64,000 nt of DNA from Octopus sinensis (taxonomy: Eukaryota), in NCBI RefSeq assembly GCF_006345805.1, contig NC_043003.1, forward strand, positions 69,626,001 to 69,690,000. Reading direction: 5' to 3'. Of this stretch, positions 1-12,479 are shown in pieces (positions within the stretch are counted from its first letter, which is position 1; every line of letters starts with the position of its first letter). The notes below the pieces were generated by a model that worked only from the letters and a program-made list of their open reading frames with translations, was not told the DNA's origin and made no database searches. The translations under genes and the position numbers were made by a program.

Positions 1-298
1 AAGACCCATCAAGCCAAATAAAATTGCAGTTGTGGAATGTAAAAGCACCCATTACACTCTCGGAGTGGTCGTCATTAGGAAGGGCATCCATAGAAAACCA
101 TGCCAAATCAGACTGGAGTCTGGTGCAGCCTTCCAGCATGCCACACCTGGTCAAACCGTCCAACCAATGCCAGCATGGACAACGGATGTTGAATGATGAT
201 GATGATATATATATATATATATATATATAATTAGTAGAAATACATAAATCTGGAGTAGAAACACACTCTAAGGTGTGCAGTTACTATTGTAGTGGGGC

Positions 299-520
299 AA
301 GGCAGCGAGCTGGCAGAAATGTTAGCACACCGGGCAAAATGCTTAGCAGTATTTCGTCTGTCTTTACGTTCTGAGTTCAAATTCCACCGAGGTCAACTTT
401 GCCTTTCATCCTTTTGGGGTCGATAAATTAAGTACCAGTTGTGTACTGGGGTCGATCTAATCGACTGCTCCCCCTCCCCAAAAATTTCGGGCCTTGTGCC
501 TATACTAGAAGAGAATATTA
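299..520 (+). mobile_element. tRNA-derived SINE with Meta-like core and tail type A (further copies, all on -: 21108-21321, 21343-21558, 23018-23231, 23783-23983, 24405-24610, 25748-25960, 40537-40740, 42192-42408)
   Basis: A-box AGCTGGCAGAA..GTTAG, B-box GAGTTCAAATTCC, core GCCTTTCATCCTTT.GGGGTCGATAAATTAAGTACCAG (resembles the Meta/Sauria-type SINE core, from memory), tail GGCCTTGTGCC...(ATT)n. Confidence 0.8.
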
Positions 521-834
521 TATAGTGGGGTAATGCCTTTCCCAATGCCAACCACTTTACTGTGTGGACTGGGTGCTTTCAGACATGGCACCAGCACTAA
601 TGAGGTCACCAAATAACTTACACAATAGGATAAGAAGAAAAAAAGGAAAAGGAGAAAGCCCTCCTGACTAAGTGGGGCATGTATTTGATAGGGGACTGGT
701 GGTTTAGTGTCAGATTTGGGGAGATTAAAGTACAATAGAGTGACAAGGTGTCTCACTACAGAGAATATACTTGGCTACCTGCATATCAATAATTAATAAT
801 CAGTAATTCTTAAATAAGTGGTTGATTATTTCAC

Positions 835-975
835 CTTCAGGAGGAATGAACCTTCGATTACTTGATACCCAGACTTCAATTGGATAACGTAGAATACAAC
901 TCAAGGGAGGTAAATCAACAGTTTTCATTAGGCTGTCTCTTGTCTTTGCCATCTCATCAGTATCAATTTGGTCTT
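835..975 (-). CDS. DCDC1: DCDC1-like gene, internal exon K; the gene continues beyond the window start
   Basis: Acceptor ttttttttgttacAG, donor g|GTGAAA. 141 nt, phase 1->1: (E)DQIDTDEMAKTRDSLMKTVDLPPLSCILRYPIEVWVSSNRRFIPPE. The EVWVS...F.P motif resembles the end of a DCX domain. Confidence 0.8.
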
Positions 976-3321
976 CTGTAACAAAAAAAAACAAAACAAA
1001 AAACATCATCAATGCAAAAATCAATACATTGCTATGTATAGCTTCAGTGATTCAAATGAGATTGGTAAATAGATTTGGATGAGAGAGAAGTGGTGGAAGA
1101 GAAGGGAGAGAGGGGAGGTTTATCAACAGAAAAAGTAATTACAGCAGTACACACACACACACACACATGCACATATAATTATATCATCATCATCATCATC
1201 GTTTAACATCCGTTTTCCATGCTGGCATGGGATGGACGGTTTGACTGGGGTTTGGGAAGCCAGGAGGCTGCACCAGACTCCAGTCTGATCTGGCAATGTT
1301 TCTACGACTGGATGCCCTTCCTAATGCCAACCACTCTGAGAGTGTAGTGCATGGGAGCCAGTCAAGGTGGTGCTGGCATCGGCCATGTTCGGATGGTGCT
1401 TTTTATGTGCCGCCGGCACAGAAGCCAGTTAGGGTGAGGGGGCTGGTATTGACCATATTTGGATGGCACTTTTTATGTGCCACTGGCACGGGGACCACAA
1501 CTACGATTTTCATTTGATTGTGATTTGATGTTGATGTACTTAACTCAATAGGTCTCTTCAAGCAATATATAAACACATATACATGCACAACAATTATATA
1601 TACACATGTATTATATAAATGTGTGTATTCATACATACATATGCACACATACACACACAATCATACCTATATATATATATATCTGTTTAGACAGTCATTC
1701 AGTATGGAGGAGAAAAGTCAGGTTTCGACTTTCTACCTTAATATAAGGAGCAATGACCGAGACCTTTGGCATTATGTCGTGCTTGAGAAGAAGACTCTTC
1801 AAGCTAAGCAAAATTACAATCATGGCAGATACTGGTGTCGTACAAATGGCACCCATGCCAGTGGCACATAAAAGCACCCATTACACTCTCAGAGTGCTTG
1901 GTGTTAGGAAGAACATCCAGCTGCAGAAACCATGCCAGATCAGACTGGAACCTGGTGCAGCCTTCCAGCTTACCAGCCCTGGTCAAACTGTCCAACCCAT
2001 GCCAGCATGGACAATGGATGTTAAATGATGATGATGATGATATATGAGAGTTTCCTTGAAAGTGACTTGATCAGAGAAAGTGTTGAAATTAAAGCAATTA
2101 CAAAATCAAGAAAGAGCCATTGTATAAAAATACACAAAAACTGTCAAATTCACTTTTAATTTATTTCATGAAGTGTCAAAAATTTTCTACCCACAAGTTT
2201 CTAACGAATCATGAAATAAATAAAATATGAATTTAACAGTCTTTCTGTTTTTAAATGACCAAGATGGTCTCTTCTACAAAGTAACTGTTATACTCACTCA
2301 CATATGTATGAGTGCGTGAGTACCTATGAGAACTATATTATTTGCATAATGTGAAGAATATACTAGCAGTATTACCCAAATAATCTTATCAAATTTACAA
2401 CCCATCCAAGGCTGGGACCCTTTGTGCCATATGACCTTGACACAATTCATGCCTACAACACATAAATACATTTAATTTTCCTCAACAGGCCCTACTCTAT
2501 TTAACATTATCCAAAAACAAATCAAAGAAAAAGATCTCTTCACCTTCAACGATATTTGGACAAATTTCTGCAGGAGATACCAAACAAGTTACCTATTCCT
2601 GGATCTCTATCAACAACAACTTTCTACTTGAATGGGCCATGATACCACAAATCTCAATTCAAAAATGGCTTAAACAGATTCTGTGAGGTGGTGTTATTAA
2701 GTTAGATATATAGCCGAGGCCAATTTTGGCTGAAAAATATATCAAAGTTCATATATATATATATATATATATAATGCCAGTGCCGGTGGCACATAAAAAG
2801 CACCATTCAAGCAGGGTTGATGCCAGTGTTACCTGACTGGTCCCCATGCCGGTGGCATATAAAAGTACCCACTACACTCTTGGTGTAATTGGCATTAAGA
2901 AGGGCATCCAGTTGTAGAAACTTAGCGAGATCAGATTGGAGCCTCGTGCAGCCTCCTGGCTTGCCAGTCCTCAATCCAATTCATGCTAGCATGGAAAGTA
3001 GATGTTAAATGATGATATATATATCTGTGTGTGTGTATGGTGTCAAAATTACATTGATATTTGATTGGCAGCTGATGAGGGAGTTACCCTGTTATTTTTG
3101 TTATTGTTAATGTCTCAGCACAGGGATTCTGTCTATATGATTTATTTTGCTTAAGAAAGATATTTCAGGTTTATACTTTGCCTTATCGTTCCTTGGTAGA
3201 GTGTGTTTTAGTGGTAGCACACAATTTTTTTTATACTAGAAAAATACTGTTTAGTAAATAGTAAGTAGCTAAAGTTTGTCAAAAGTAAAATGTAGTTATA
3301 CCAAAGATATGGTGTGTGTGG

Positions 3322-3355
<34 letters not shown>

Positions 3356-3951
3356 TAAAAGTTAGGTTCTTTTAATAATGTTCACCAAAGAAAACAAATG
3401 AATAAACTATTAATTCAATACATAAAAAGAGGTGAATGAAAATAGAATCAATATTCCAAAAGTAATTAGAGAAAAAATTAAATTTCTTTGCTTAAATTTC
3501 TGCCTTTAGATTATTTAAATAATTTTTCAATTCCACCTTAAAGCAGCCAAACCAAATCTGTCTGGAATAACCATGCTGTGTTCCATTATGATTGATTGTT
3601 ACAATTTTATTTCTTTATTTTTTTCATTAGTCAGATTTTGAAAAGAATTCCACACTTTATGCTAACCTACTGATCTAATACATTTTTGAGCTGAAATTTG
3701 TCATAGAATTTTTTCCTTCTTGATTTCTTTTCTTTTCTATTTTCTTTTTGTAAATTTTGCTTTTGTAGGAAAACTATCAGTCATAATTTCTCTTACCTTC
3801 TTATTTTGGATTCACATTCAAAAAATATATCACCAAAATTTTATTATCAATTTCGAGGAATATTGGCTTTCTTTTTTCTATAATTTCTATACCCACTAGG
3901 GCATTTATATACATACATGATGATGATGATGATGATGATGACATATATATA

Positions 3952-4353
3952 AGGCGATGAGCAGGCAGAACTGTTAGCATGCCGGGTGAAATGCTCAGCG
4001 GTATTTCATCTGCTGTTACTTTCTGAGTTCAAATTCTGCCAAGGTCGACTTTGCCTTACATCCTTTCGGGGTTGATTAAATAAGTACCAGTTATGCACTG
4101 GGGTCGACATAATTGACTTAATCCGTCTGTCTGTCCTTGTTTGTCTCCTCTGTGTTTAGCCCCTTGTGGTAGTAAAGAAATAGGTATATCATCTGCTGTT
4201 ACGTTCTGAGTTCAAATTCTGCCAAGGTTGACTTTGCCTTTCATCCTTTCGGGGTTGATTAAATAAGTACCAGTTATGCACTGAGGTTGATGTAATCAAC
4301 TTAATCCCTTTGTTTGTCCCCTGTGTTTAGACCCCTGTGGGCAATAAAGAAAT
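3952..4353 (+). mobile_element. Dimeric SINE (head-core-tail B + headless core-tail B); related dimers at 7933-8340 (-) and 48910-49310 (-)
   Basis: Two tandem core units joined at GTAGTAAAGAAATAG|GTAT; the same junction is present at the other two loci. Confidence 0.8.
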
Positions 4354-5379
4354 ATATATATATATATAGGCATAGGTGTAGCTGTATGGTGAAGAAGTTT
4401 GTTTCCTAACCCTGTGGTCTCAGGTGTGGACTATAGTAGAAGACACTTGCCTAAGGTACTGTGTAGTAGGACTGAACTCAAAACCATGTGGTTACACAGC
4501 GAGTTTCTCAACTGCACAGCCATACTTGTGCCTATGCAATAATATTCCACCTAATGCAGGAATTGAACTCATGATCCTAAGATTAAGGGTCTTGTGCTCA
4601 ACAGTATCTGCCTGGATATTATATCCCTCCTCTTACTGTATGTATATATATTCAATGGGCTTCTTTCAGTTTCCCTCTACCAAATCCACTCACAAGGGTT
4701 TGGTTGGCACAAGCCTATAGTAGAAGACACTTTCCCAAGAAGACACTGCCATGCAGAACCATGTGGTTGGAAAGCAAGCTGTTTACCACACAGTAATGCT
4801 TACGCTTTTTCTTCTAAACATTTTTTTCAAATTAATACACCGTCTTTTCTAATTATTACTAAATAATCACTGACACTATGCTGGAGTTCTCAACCCTCAC
4901 ACTTGACAAGCCAAGCATATACAGGATTACATGGTATCAGCTTCACTCACAAGGAACATGACATACATATACACTCATACATTGTCTTTTTGTTATCTAT
5001 ATTCCATGATGGAGCTTTGCGTCTGTTTTAGAGACCAGTCCCTTCCTTATAGGAAGAGTTCAAATAATTAAAAATAAAGAATACAAATACATGCATATGT
5101 ATGTATGGATATTTGTATGTATGTATGCATGTTTGTGTGTATATATTTGGAAGGGTATCCAGCCGTAAAATCTATGCCAAAACTGACCTTGCCTGTGCTT
5201 GTGCCACATAAAAGCACTCAGTCCATTCTGCTGGGGGGAGCTTGTGTTAGGAATGGTATCTAGCCATAAAAACCCTGCCAAAACAGACACAGTTTAGTGT
5301 AGGCGCCTGTCTGGCTAGCTCCTGTCAAACTGTCCAATCCATGCCAGTATGGAAGATGGACGTTAAACGATGATGATGA

Positions 5380-5427
<48 letters not shown>

Positions 5428-5430
<3 letters not shown>

Positions 5431-6530
5431 CATCAATGGAATTTGTATCTTGTGGTACCAGTACCGGTGGCACACAAGAAAACCATCCGAACGTGGCCGT
5501 AGCCAGTACCGCATCGACTGGCCTCTGTGATGTGGGCACATAACAAACACCATCCGATCGTGCCGTTCGCCAGCCTCATCTGGCACCTGTGTCGGTGGCA
5601 CATAAAAACACCAACCGAAGACCCGGCAAGACTAGTCAGGCCATAACCCGTGGCCCCTACTTGGGACGTAGTCAGTCCACCTGTGCATACCTTCTTTCCT
5701 TCTTGTGACACTTGTGAAGACCTGTGAAGACCTGTTGAGGCAAGTGAAAATCAAATCAAATCAAATCAAAATAGATGAACATCAATGGAATTTGTATCTT
5801 TGTGGTACCAGTGCCGGTGGCACACAAGGAAACCATCCGAACGTGGCCGTAGCCAGTACCGCATCGACTGGCCTCCGTGCTGTGGGCACGTAACAAACAC
5901 CATCCGATCGTGGCCGTTCGCCAGCCTCATCTGGCACCTGTGTCGGTGGCACATAAAAACACCATCCGAAGACCCGGCAAGACTAGTCAGGCCATAACCC
6001 GTGGCCCCTACCTGGGACGTAGTCAGTCCACCTGTGCATACTTCCTTCTTGTGACACTTGTGAAGACCTGTTGAGGCAAGTGAAAATCAAATCAAAACAA
6101 ATCAAAATAGATGAACATCAATGGAATTTGTATCTTTGTGGTACCAGTGCTGGTGGCACACAAGAAAATCATCCGAACGTGGCCGTAGCCAGTACCGCAT
6201 AGACTGGCCTCCGTGCTTTGGGGACGTAACAAACACCATCCGATCGTGGCCGTCCGCCAGCCTCATCTGGCACCTGTGTCGGTGGCACATAAAAACACCA
6301 TCTGAGCGTGGCCGTTCACCAGCCTCGTCTGGCACCTGTGTCGGTGGCACATAAAATCACCCACTACAATCTCGGAGTGGTTGGCGTTAGGAAGGGCATC
6401 CAGCTGTAGAAACACTGCCAGATCTGACTGGCCTGGTGCAGCCTTCGAGCTCCCCAGACCCCAGTTGAACCGTCCAACCCATGCTAGCATGGAAAACGGA
6501 CGCTAAATGATGATGATGATGATGATGATG
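5428..6530 (+). repeat. Tandem triplication of a ~340-bp RTE 3'-end segment, ending in the RTE tail
   Basis: GAACATCAATGGAATTTGTATC recurs at 5428, 5777 and 6113, with colinear units. Confidence 0.85.
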
Positions 6531-6894
6531 ATATGTAATCGACAGTAATATAAATAAATTGATTTTGGCTGTATTCAAACTCTCCATTTTCTTTATATTA
6601 TACAGCTGAAATTATATATATGTGCTGGTGGCACATAAAAAGCACCATCCGATCGTGGCCGTTTGCCAGCCTCATCTGGTACCTGTGCTGGTGGCATGTA
6701 AAAAGCACCCACTATACTCACGGAGTGGTTGGTGTTAGGAAGGGCATCCAGCCGTAGAAACATTGCCAGATCAGACTGGGCCTGGTGCAGCCTTCTGGCT
6801 TCTCAGACCCCAGTTGAACTGTCCAACCCATGCTAGCATGGAAACCGGACGCTAAATGTTGATGATGATGATGATGATATACATCCCACCCATA

Positions 6895-7420
6895 CTCACA
6901 TGGAACATGGACGTGAAATGATAATGATATATGCATATGGACAAGGACAGCTGTGTAAAGAAGTGCCGATCTCTGACTGTGGAGGGGACCTGTGGAAGAG
7001 GTAAACCCAGGAAAACATAGGACGAGGTGGTGAAGCACAGTCTTCGAATGTTGGGTTTCAGAGAGGTGATGACAAATGACAGACCTTTGGCGATATACTG
7101 TGCTTGAGGAGACTTGTCAAGCCAAGTGAAATCACAGTCATAGCCGATGCTTGTGTTGCATAACTGGCATCCGTGTCAGTGACATGTAAGTGTACCTGTG
7201 CTGGTGGCACATAAAAGCATTCATGCTGGTGGCACATGAATATCATCCATTATACTCTTGGAGTGTTTGGCATTAGGGGAAGGGCATCCAGCCATAGAAA
7301 CCAAGCCAAATCAGACTGGAACCTGGTGCAGCTCTCCAGCTTACCAGTTCCCGTCAAACTGTCCAACCCATGCCAGCACGGAAAGCAGATGTTAAATGAT
7401 GATGATGACGATGATGATGA
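6895..7420 (+). mobile_element. RTE LINE 3' fragment with its long 3' UTR and (GAT)n tail; abundant family (e.g. 1-205, 1185-1560 on -, 1693-2040, 2775-3015, 16600-17005, 18205-18503, 32893-33232, 50390-50995, 56050-56406)
   Basis: Decayed HGHVK...SCVKKCRSLTVEGTCGRGKPRKT*DEVV...DRDLWRYTVLEET, followed by the GGTGGCACGTAAAAGCACC unit, then TTAGGAAGGGCATCCAGC...AGCATGGAAA..GACGTTAAA(TGA)n. The same tail recurs throughout the window. Confidence 0.75.
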
Positions 7421-10291
7421 TATATATGTTGTAATAATGAAATCAAAGCAAATCATGATATTTTGAAATCAATATGTATGTTTCAGGTCAGGAAATGCAT
7501 TCGTTAAGTAAGACCTTCCTCAATTAATTGTGTGTGTGAGTGTGTGTGTGTGTGGTGAGTGTGTGTGGGTGAGTTGTAAAATCCCAACCACTTTACAGCA
7601 TGGGCTGGGTGTTTTACATGTGGCACAAGCAACAATGTGGTCACCCAATGATTTACAAGGCCAAACCCCTTCAACTGAACTCCAGTGTCTTTGTGTCATA
7701 TGAGATGAGTATGAGCAGAAGGAGAGAAATAGTTGCCTTGCAGTAAAGAAGATATAGGATTACCTCAGTAAGAGAGAAGAGGGGATCTGTCAGTAGGTGG
7801 GTGTATATGCATGAGTGAATATGTAATTGCCTATTTGTAAACAAAATGTTATCATTCATAAAAACGGTGTCATTTGTTTCCAATCATCTGTGAAAACATG
7901 TCTGGACTGTTTAATAGACTAGGATAAATATTTATTTCTTTATTGCCCACGGTTGGGGGGGTTAAACATAGAGGGGACAAGCAAGGATAGACAAAGGGAT
8001 TAAGTCGATTATATCAACTCCACTGTGTAACTGGTACTTATTTAATAGACCTTGAAAGGATGAAAGGCAAAGTTGACCTTGGCGGAATTTGAACTCAGAA
8101 TGTAACGGAAGATGAAATACCTAATTCTTTACTACCCACAAGGGGCTAAACACGGAGAGGACAAACAGATTAAGTCAATTATATCGACCCCAGTGAGTAA
8201 CTGGTACTTATTTAATCGACCCCAAAAGGATGAAAGGCAAAGTGGACCTCAGTGGAATTTGAACTCAGAAGGTAGCGGCAGACGAAATACCACTAAGCAT
8301 TTCGCCTGGCATGCTAATAATTCTGCCAGCTTGCCACCCTAATAAACTAAGGTAAATATTACTTTGCTTGGAAATGGGTGAAAGTTGGTGAGAGGAAGAG
8401 CGTCTGAACTAAATTTTGCAAGCATGGAAAATGGGATATTAAAATAATGATGTTATGTATCATCACACATATACGAGGTGGATGGTTTCAAAATTATTGG
8501 ATTGTTGGGAAATCACAAATAGCTCAAGGATCTTACATAATCACTCAACATAGAAATATACTGGAATGATTATCACTGACGTCTGCAAATCATATAAGGA
8601 CATATTTTAGGTCAACAAAACACTAATTAATTAATTATTAGTAACAGAAGCAGTAGTAGTACCAAAAAGTAATCCTTATATCCAACTTAATGTGGGCGTC
8701 TTGTAAGAACACTGAATACTGCTTTATTAGCTTTGAGAGATCCTCTCAGATTGGTACTTGGTGCATAAAAGCACTCACATAGATTGTAGCAGATGACAAT
8801 CGTCTGTTATGGGCACCTGAACTCCCATATCATGTGATTTCATTCTACTGAAAATCATCAGTGGAAGGCATCCAGTCACCCCATGTCTATCAAATCTTGC
8901 TGCTACAATATATAAAACATCAGCATCTTTTCAGACACTGATGTTGCAAATAGCCAGCAGGCTTATCAAAAATTCATTATTAGCAATGGAAGCAAAGCAC
9001 CAAGCATCTATATGAGAGGATCCCTCGAGGTTAATAATACATTAATCAATTATATAGTGTTGCCACTGCTTACAGCTGTGGACTATACTACTCAGCAATA
9101 TGTAATGAGAGCTCAATGTACTGAGCCAGATATATTTAACTTTTTAAGTGTGGGAGAAATCAATAAACACTTTGTTGAAAGTATGGCCAGATATGTGAGT
9201 TGCAGTAAGCATTTGTGACTGTTTTACCACTTTTTAAAAATATAATTCAATTTGAAAAATTTAGTCTTTTGTTCTTGTAGTTTACACAATTTTGTTGCAA
9301 CAAGGCTTGAGGTTACTGTAATGTCCAAGGAAGGAAAAGAAAAGGCCTATGATTGATTGATTGATTCTAGTTTCAGCTCATGAGCTGTGGCCATGCTGGG
9401 GCACCGCCATTTTATATTTAAAAGACTCTGATTGACAGAAAGTTTGACGATATTCTAATAATTTTTGTGATCTTTTTGTGGTCCATAACAAGCAACTATT
9501 AATTTGCACATCACTCTTCATTGCCCACTGATATTTATTGTGTTTTTAACATAACTCATCCATTAGAGACATTAACTCCAGACAAATACTTTAACCGGTG
9601 AGCACTTATTTATTTTTAGAATGACATTGTAGGGTAGGTGTGAGGGGCCAGATATGGCTGGTTTAAAGGTTAAACAGTTAAATATGACACATTGATGGCT
9701 ATTTTAATTAAATACTACCTAAATTGCATACACTGGATTTTTATTCAACTGGGCAGCTGTTTGCAACATCAGTGAGTGTTTTATTAATTTTTTCTGTAAC
9801 AGAGGTGATGAATTCTCACCTGACCAAGTTGTTGGTTGTGAGTGTGCACCAACAAAAATGCTCAAAAAGGCCAAAATGCATCTGGTGTTCTTGCTGGTCA
9901 CAGCCAATACGGATGAATTTTCATCTCTCTCTGACATTGTGTTTTTAATACAGCAACTTCATAAGAGAAGAATACTATGGATATATTTTCTCAGTAAACT
10001 TTCCTCACAGTGAACTTTCTTCATAGTGAATTGATGGCAGTGAACTCTCTTGCAATGAATTGATGGCGATGAACTTACCTGTGATCATTATCTCAGGACA
10101 AATACTAAAGCAACTGGCCTATCAACACTATATACATATACATTAAATATGATGCACAAATGGCTGTTACAATAGAGAGTATATTGTAAAGACCTATGAA
10201 GTTACATTGAATGACTGACCATGTGGGAGTTGTTATGCTTTATGTCTCCTGTGTATTTTGGATGACAAATTAATAAAGAACATTTTCTTAC

Positions 10292-10423
10292 CAGCAAAAG
10301 ATGTTTCTTTCACATCATCCCTCTCAGCATCACTTAATGAGGATTGATTCAGTTCAGCTGTACTCAACTCCACTGTTTCATTAGCTTTGTTAGGTGACTG
10401 AGTTGACTTTTCTGTATTTTTCA
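10292..10423 (-). CDS. DCDC1: DCDC1-like gene, internal exon J (low-complexity linker)
   Basis: Acceptor cttatttcAG, donor g|GTAAGA. 132 nt, phase 1->1: (M)KNTEKSTQSPNKANETVELSTAELNQSSLSDAERDDVKETSFA. Confidence 0.75.
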
Positions 10424-10784
10424 CTGAAATAAGCAGGAGAGAATCAAATTTGATTATATAGAAAGATGTAGCTGTTTTGTAAGTCACTTGCTTCCGAACC
10501 ACAAGGTTCCAGGTTCAGCCCCACTGCGTGGTACCTTGGACAAGTGTCTTCTGCTTTAGCCTCAGGCCGACCAAAGCCTTGTGAGTGGATTTGGTAGATA
10601 GAAACTGAAAGAAGCTTGTCATATATATATATATATATATAAGAGAGTAATCACCATGTGGTCGACTCTAGCACTAAAAATAGATCCGCTAGGTTTCAGC
10701 CACAAAGAATTGCTTCCGATGAAAGTTAGCACGACTACTAGCGCAAACAAACAGGGCAAATAAAAATAACAAAAATGCAGATTA

Positions 10785-10861
10785 GTTCAGGACAATTGTT
10801 TCGCTATTAATAAATTATGTAATTTTACTCACACAACATATCTGTAGCTCTTCAGCCAAAC
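10785..10861 (-). ncRNA. Type I hammerhead ribozyme motif (mirror copy, on the gene's sense strand)
   Basis: Minus strand reads GTTTGG-CTGAAGA-GCTA...TAGC-GAAAC-AATT-GTC|CTGAAC; one G.U substitution in stem I. Confidence 0.8.
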
Positions 10862-11010
10862 CCGTCCAGAATACAATTTACTCAACCACACGCTAGATTT
10901 TACCATAACGATAAACACGTGCGGTTCAGTCGATTGCATTCGCTGTTATAATTCAAGTGCCCCTGCCACAAAAATCTAGCGTGCGGTTGCGTAAATTATA
11001 TTCTGGACGG

Positions 11011-11087
11011 GTTCGGCTGAAGAGCTACAGATATGTTGTGTGAGTAAAATTACATAATTTATTAATAGCGAAACAATTGTCCTGAAC
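11011..11087 (+). ncRNA. Type I hammerhead ribozyme motif
   Basis: GTTCGG-CTGAAGA-GCTA..(38 nt)..TAGC-GAAAC-AATT-GTC|CTGAAC. Complete core, stem I GUUCGG/CUGAAC, stem II GCUA/UAGC, palindromic minimal stem III ACAAUUGU, GUC cleavage triplet (cut after 11081). Confidence 0.85.
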
Positions 11088-12002
11088 TAATCTGCATTTT
11101 TGTTATTTTGTTATTTTGTCATTTTTATTTGCCCTGTTCGTTTGCGCTAGTAGTCGTGCTAACTTTCATCGGAAGCAATTCTTTGTGGCTGAAACCTAGC
11201 AGATCTATTTTTAGTGCTAGAGTCGACCACATGGTGGTTACTCTCTTATATTTATGTATAAAATTTATCGTATTCCGGGTTTTTATGCACTAAGCCACTT
11301 GGTGTTAAATGGATGTACTATTAAATTAGTATCCAATTCTCTCACCCTTATTAGTTGATTATACATATATATATATATATATGTATGAATGTGTGTATGT
11401 CTGTGTTTATATCCCCAACATTGCTTGACAAGCAATGTTGGTGTGTTTATGTCCCCATAAGTTAGCAGTTCGGCAAAAGAGACCGATAGAATAAGTACTA
11501 GGCTTACAAAGAATAAGTCCTAGGGGGTCGATTTGTTTGACTAAAAGCGATGCTCCAGCATGGCCGCAGTCAAATGACTGAAACAAATAAGGAATAAAAA
11601 AAATAGTAAACAGTCTTGATAAAAAAAAGACATTAAGAAAAAAAGGTCTGATCTTCAGCAGGATGGCTAGGGGGTTAAGAAGCTCACTTTGAAACCATGT
11701 GGTTTTGGGTTCAGTCCTACTGCACAGTACCTTGGCAAGAGTCTTCTACTGGCCAATGCCTTGTGAATGAATCTAGAAGAAACCAATCAAGTGTATATGT
11801 GTGTGTTTGTGTTCATCTCTCACATGACCCCTCCCACTAACTCAGTAACCAGTGTTGGTTTGTTTACATTCCCATAGCTTCGTGATTCAGCAAAAGAGAC
11901 TGATGGAAAAATTACCAAACTTAGAAAAAGCACCCCCCCACCCAAAAAAACCATCTTAATTCCTGGAGTTGATTTGTTTTAACTAAAAACCTTGCAGAGA
12001 TT

Positions 12003-12479
12003 GGAATGACCCAATCCAAGTTTCTCTGTTAGTTCGTCAACAGTTATGATGGGATTTTGTTCCACCAGGGTTTGCAGAATATCATTGTTGAGCTCTACAG
12101 ATCTTCCAGGATGAGACTCATCTTCTAGGCTGTAGTTTCCAGCTCAGAATTTTTGCAACCACCATTGACACTGGCTTAAGCTTATTGACCGATCCCCATA
12201 TACTACATTAATATTCCTTGCACTTTCCATTGCGTTATTGCCTTTATTGAACTCATAAAGCAAAATATGCCCAATATGCTCCTTTGTCACTTCCATTATA
12301 GCTTTGAAAAAATAACTGTTAAAATCAAACTGCACTCTTCAAAACTTGCACTAAGAATAAGGACAAGGTAAAATTACTGCCTGCTTTTATAGCAAGTTGA
12401 TGCAAATAGTTTATCCCGTCCCCTTCCAACTTTTAGTTCATACAATTGAAAAAACTGCATTATTTATGGGATGATCCAA
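12003..12479 (-). mobile_element. Truncated mariner (5' TIR plus N-terminal transposase)
   Basis: TA then TIR TTGGATCATCCCATAAATAATG. ORF MEVTKEHIGHILLYEFNKGNNAMESARNINVVYGD...QWWLQKF is a mariner HTH region. Confidence 0.85.

Larger units (their letters stand above)
10641..11363 (+). mobile_element. Fold-back element with Penelope-like inverted architecture: arms 10641-10901 / 10971-11247, 69-nt spacer, unpaired 3' tail 11248-11363
   Basis: The arms are near-perfect reverse complements, each contains a hammerhead motif, and the element is flanked by (TA)n. Confidence 0.8.
10467..11600 (+). mobile_element. Bipartite tRNA-derived SINE with internal (TA)/(TG) tract, here split by the palindromic insert (other copies e.g. 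19337-19490, 28075-28445 on -, 33232-33560 on -, 35745-36220, 49760-50137, 63600-63787 on -)
   Basis: Left half GTAGCTG..GTAAG...GGTTCAGCCCCACTGCGTGG...GAAACTGAAAGAAGC (10467-10620). Right half GGTGTGTTTATGTCCCC...CCAGCATGGCCGCAGTCAAATGACTGAAAC (11400-11600). Confidence 0.8.

Noticed and set aside
3797-3880. Extra exon ending at the strong donor AAG|GTAAGA
   Set aside because: Stops in the required frame and no convincing acceptor; exons J and K already join in phase.
9700-10090. MULE-like transposase remnant with ~30-bp subterminal repeats
   Set aside because: Only faint resemblance, and no second terminus or TSD found.
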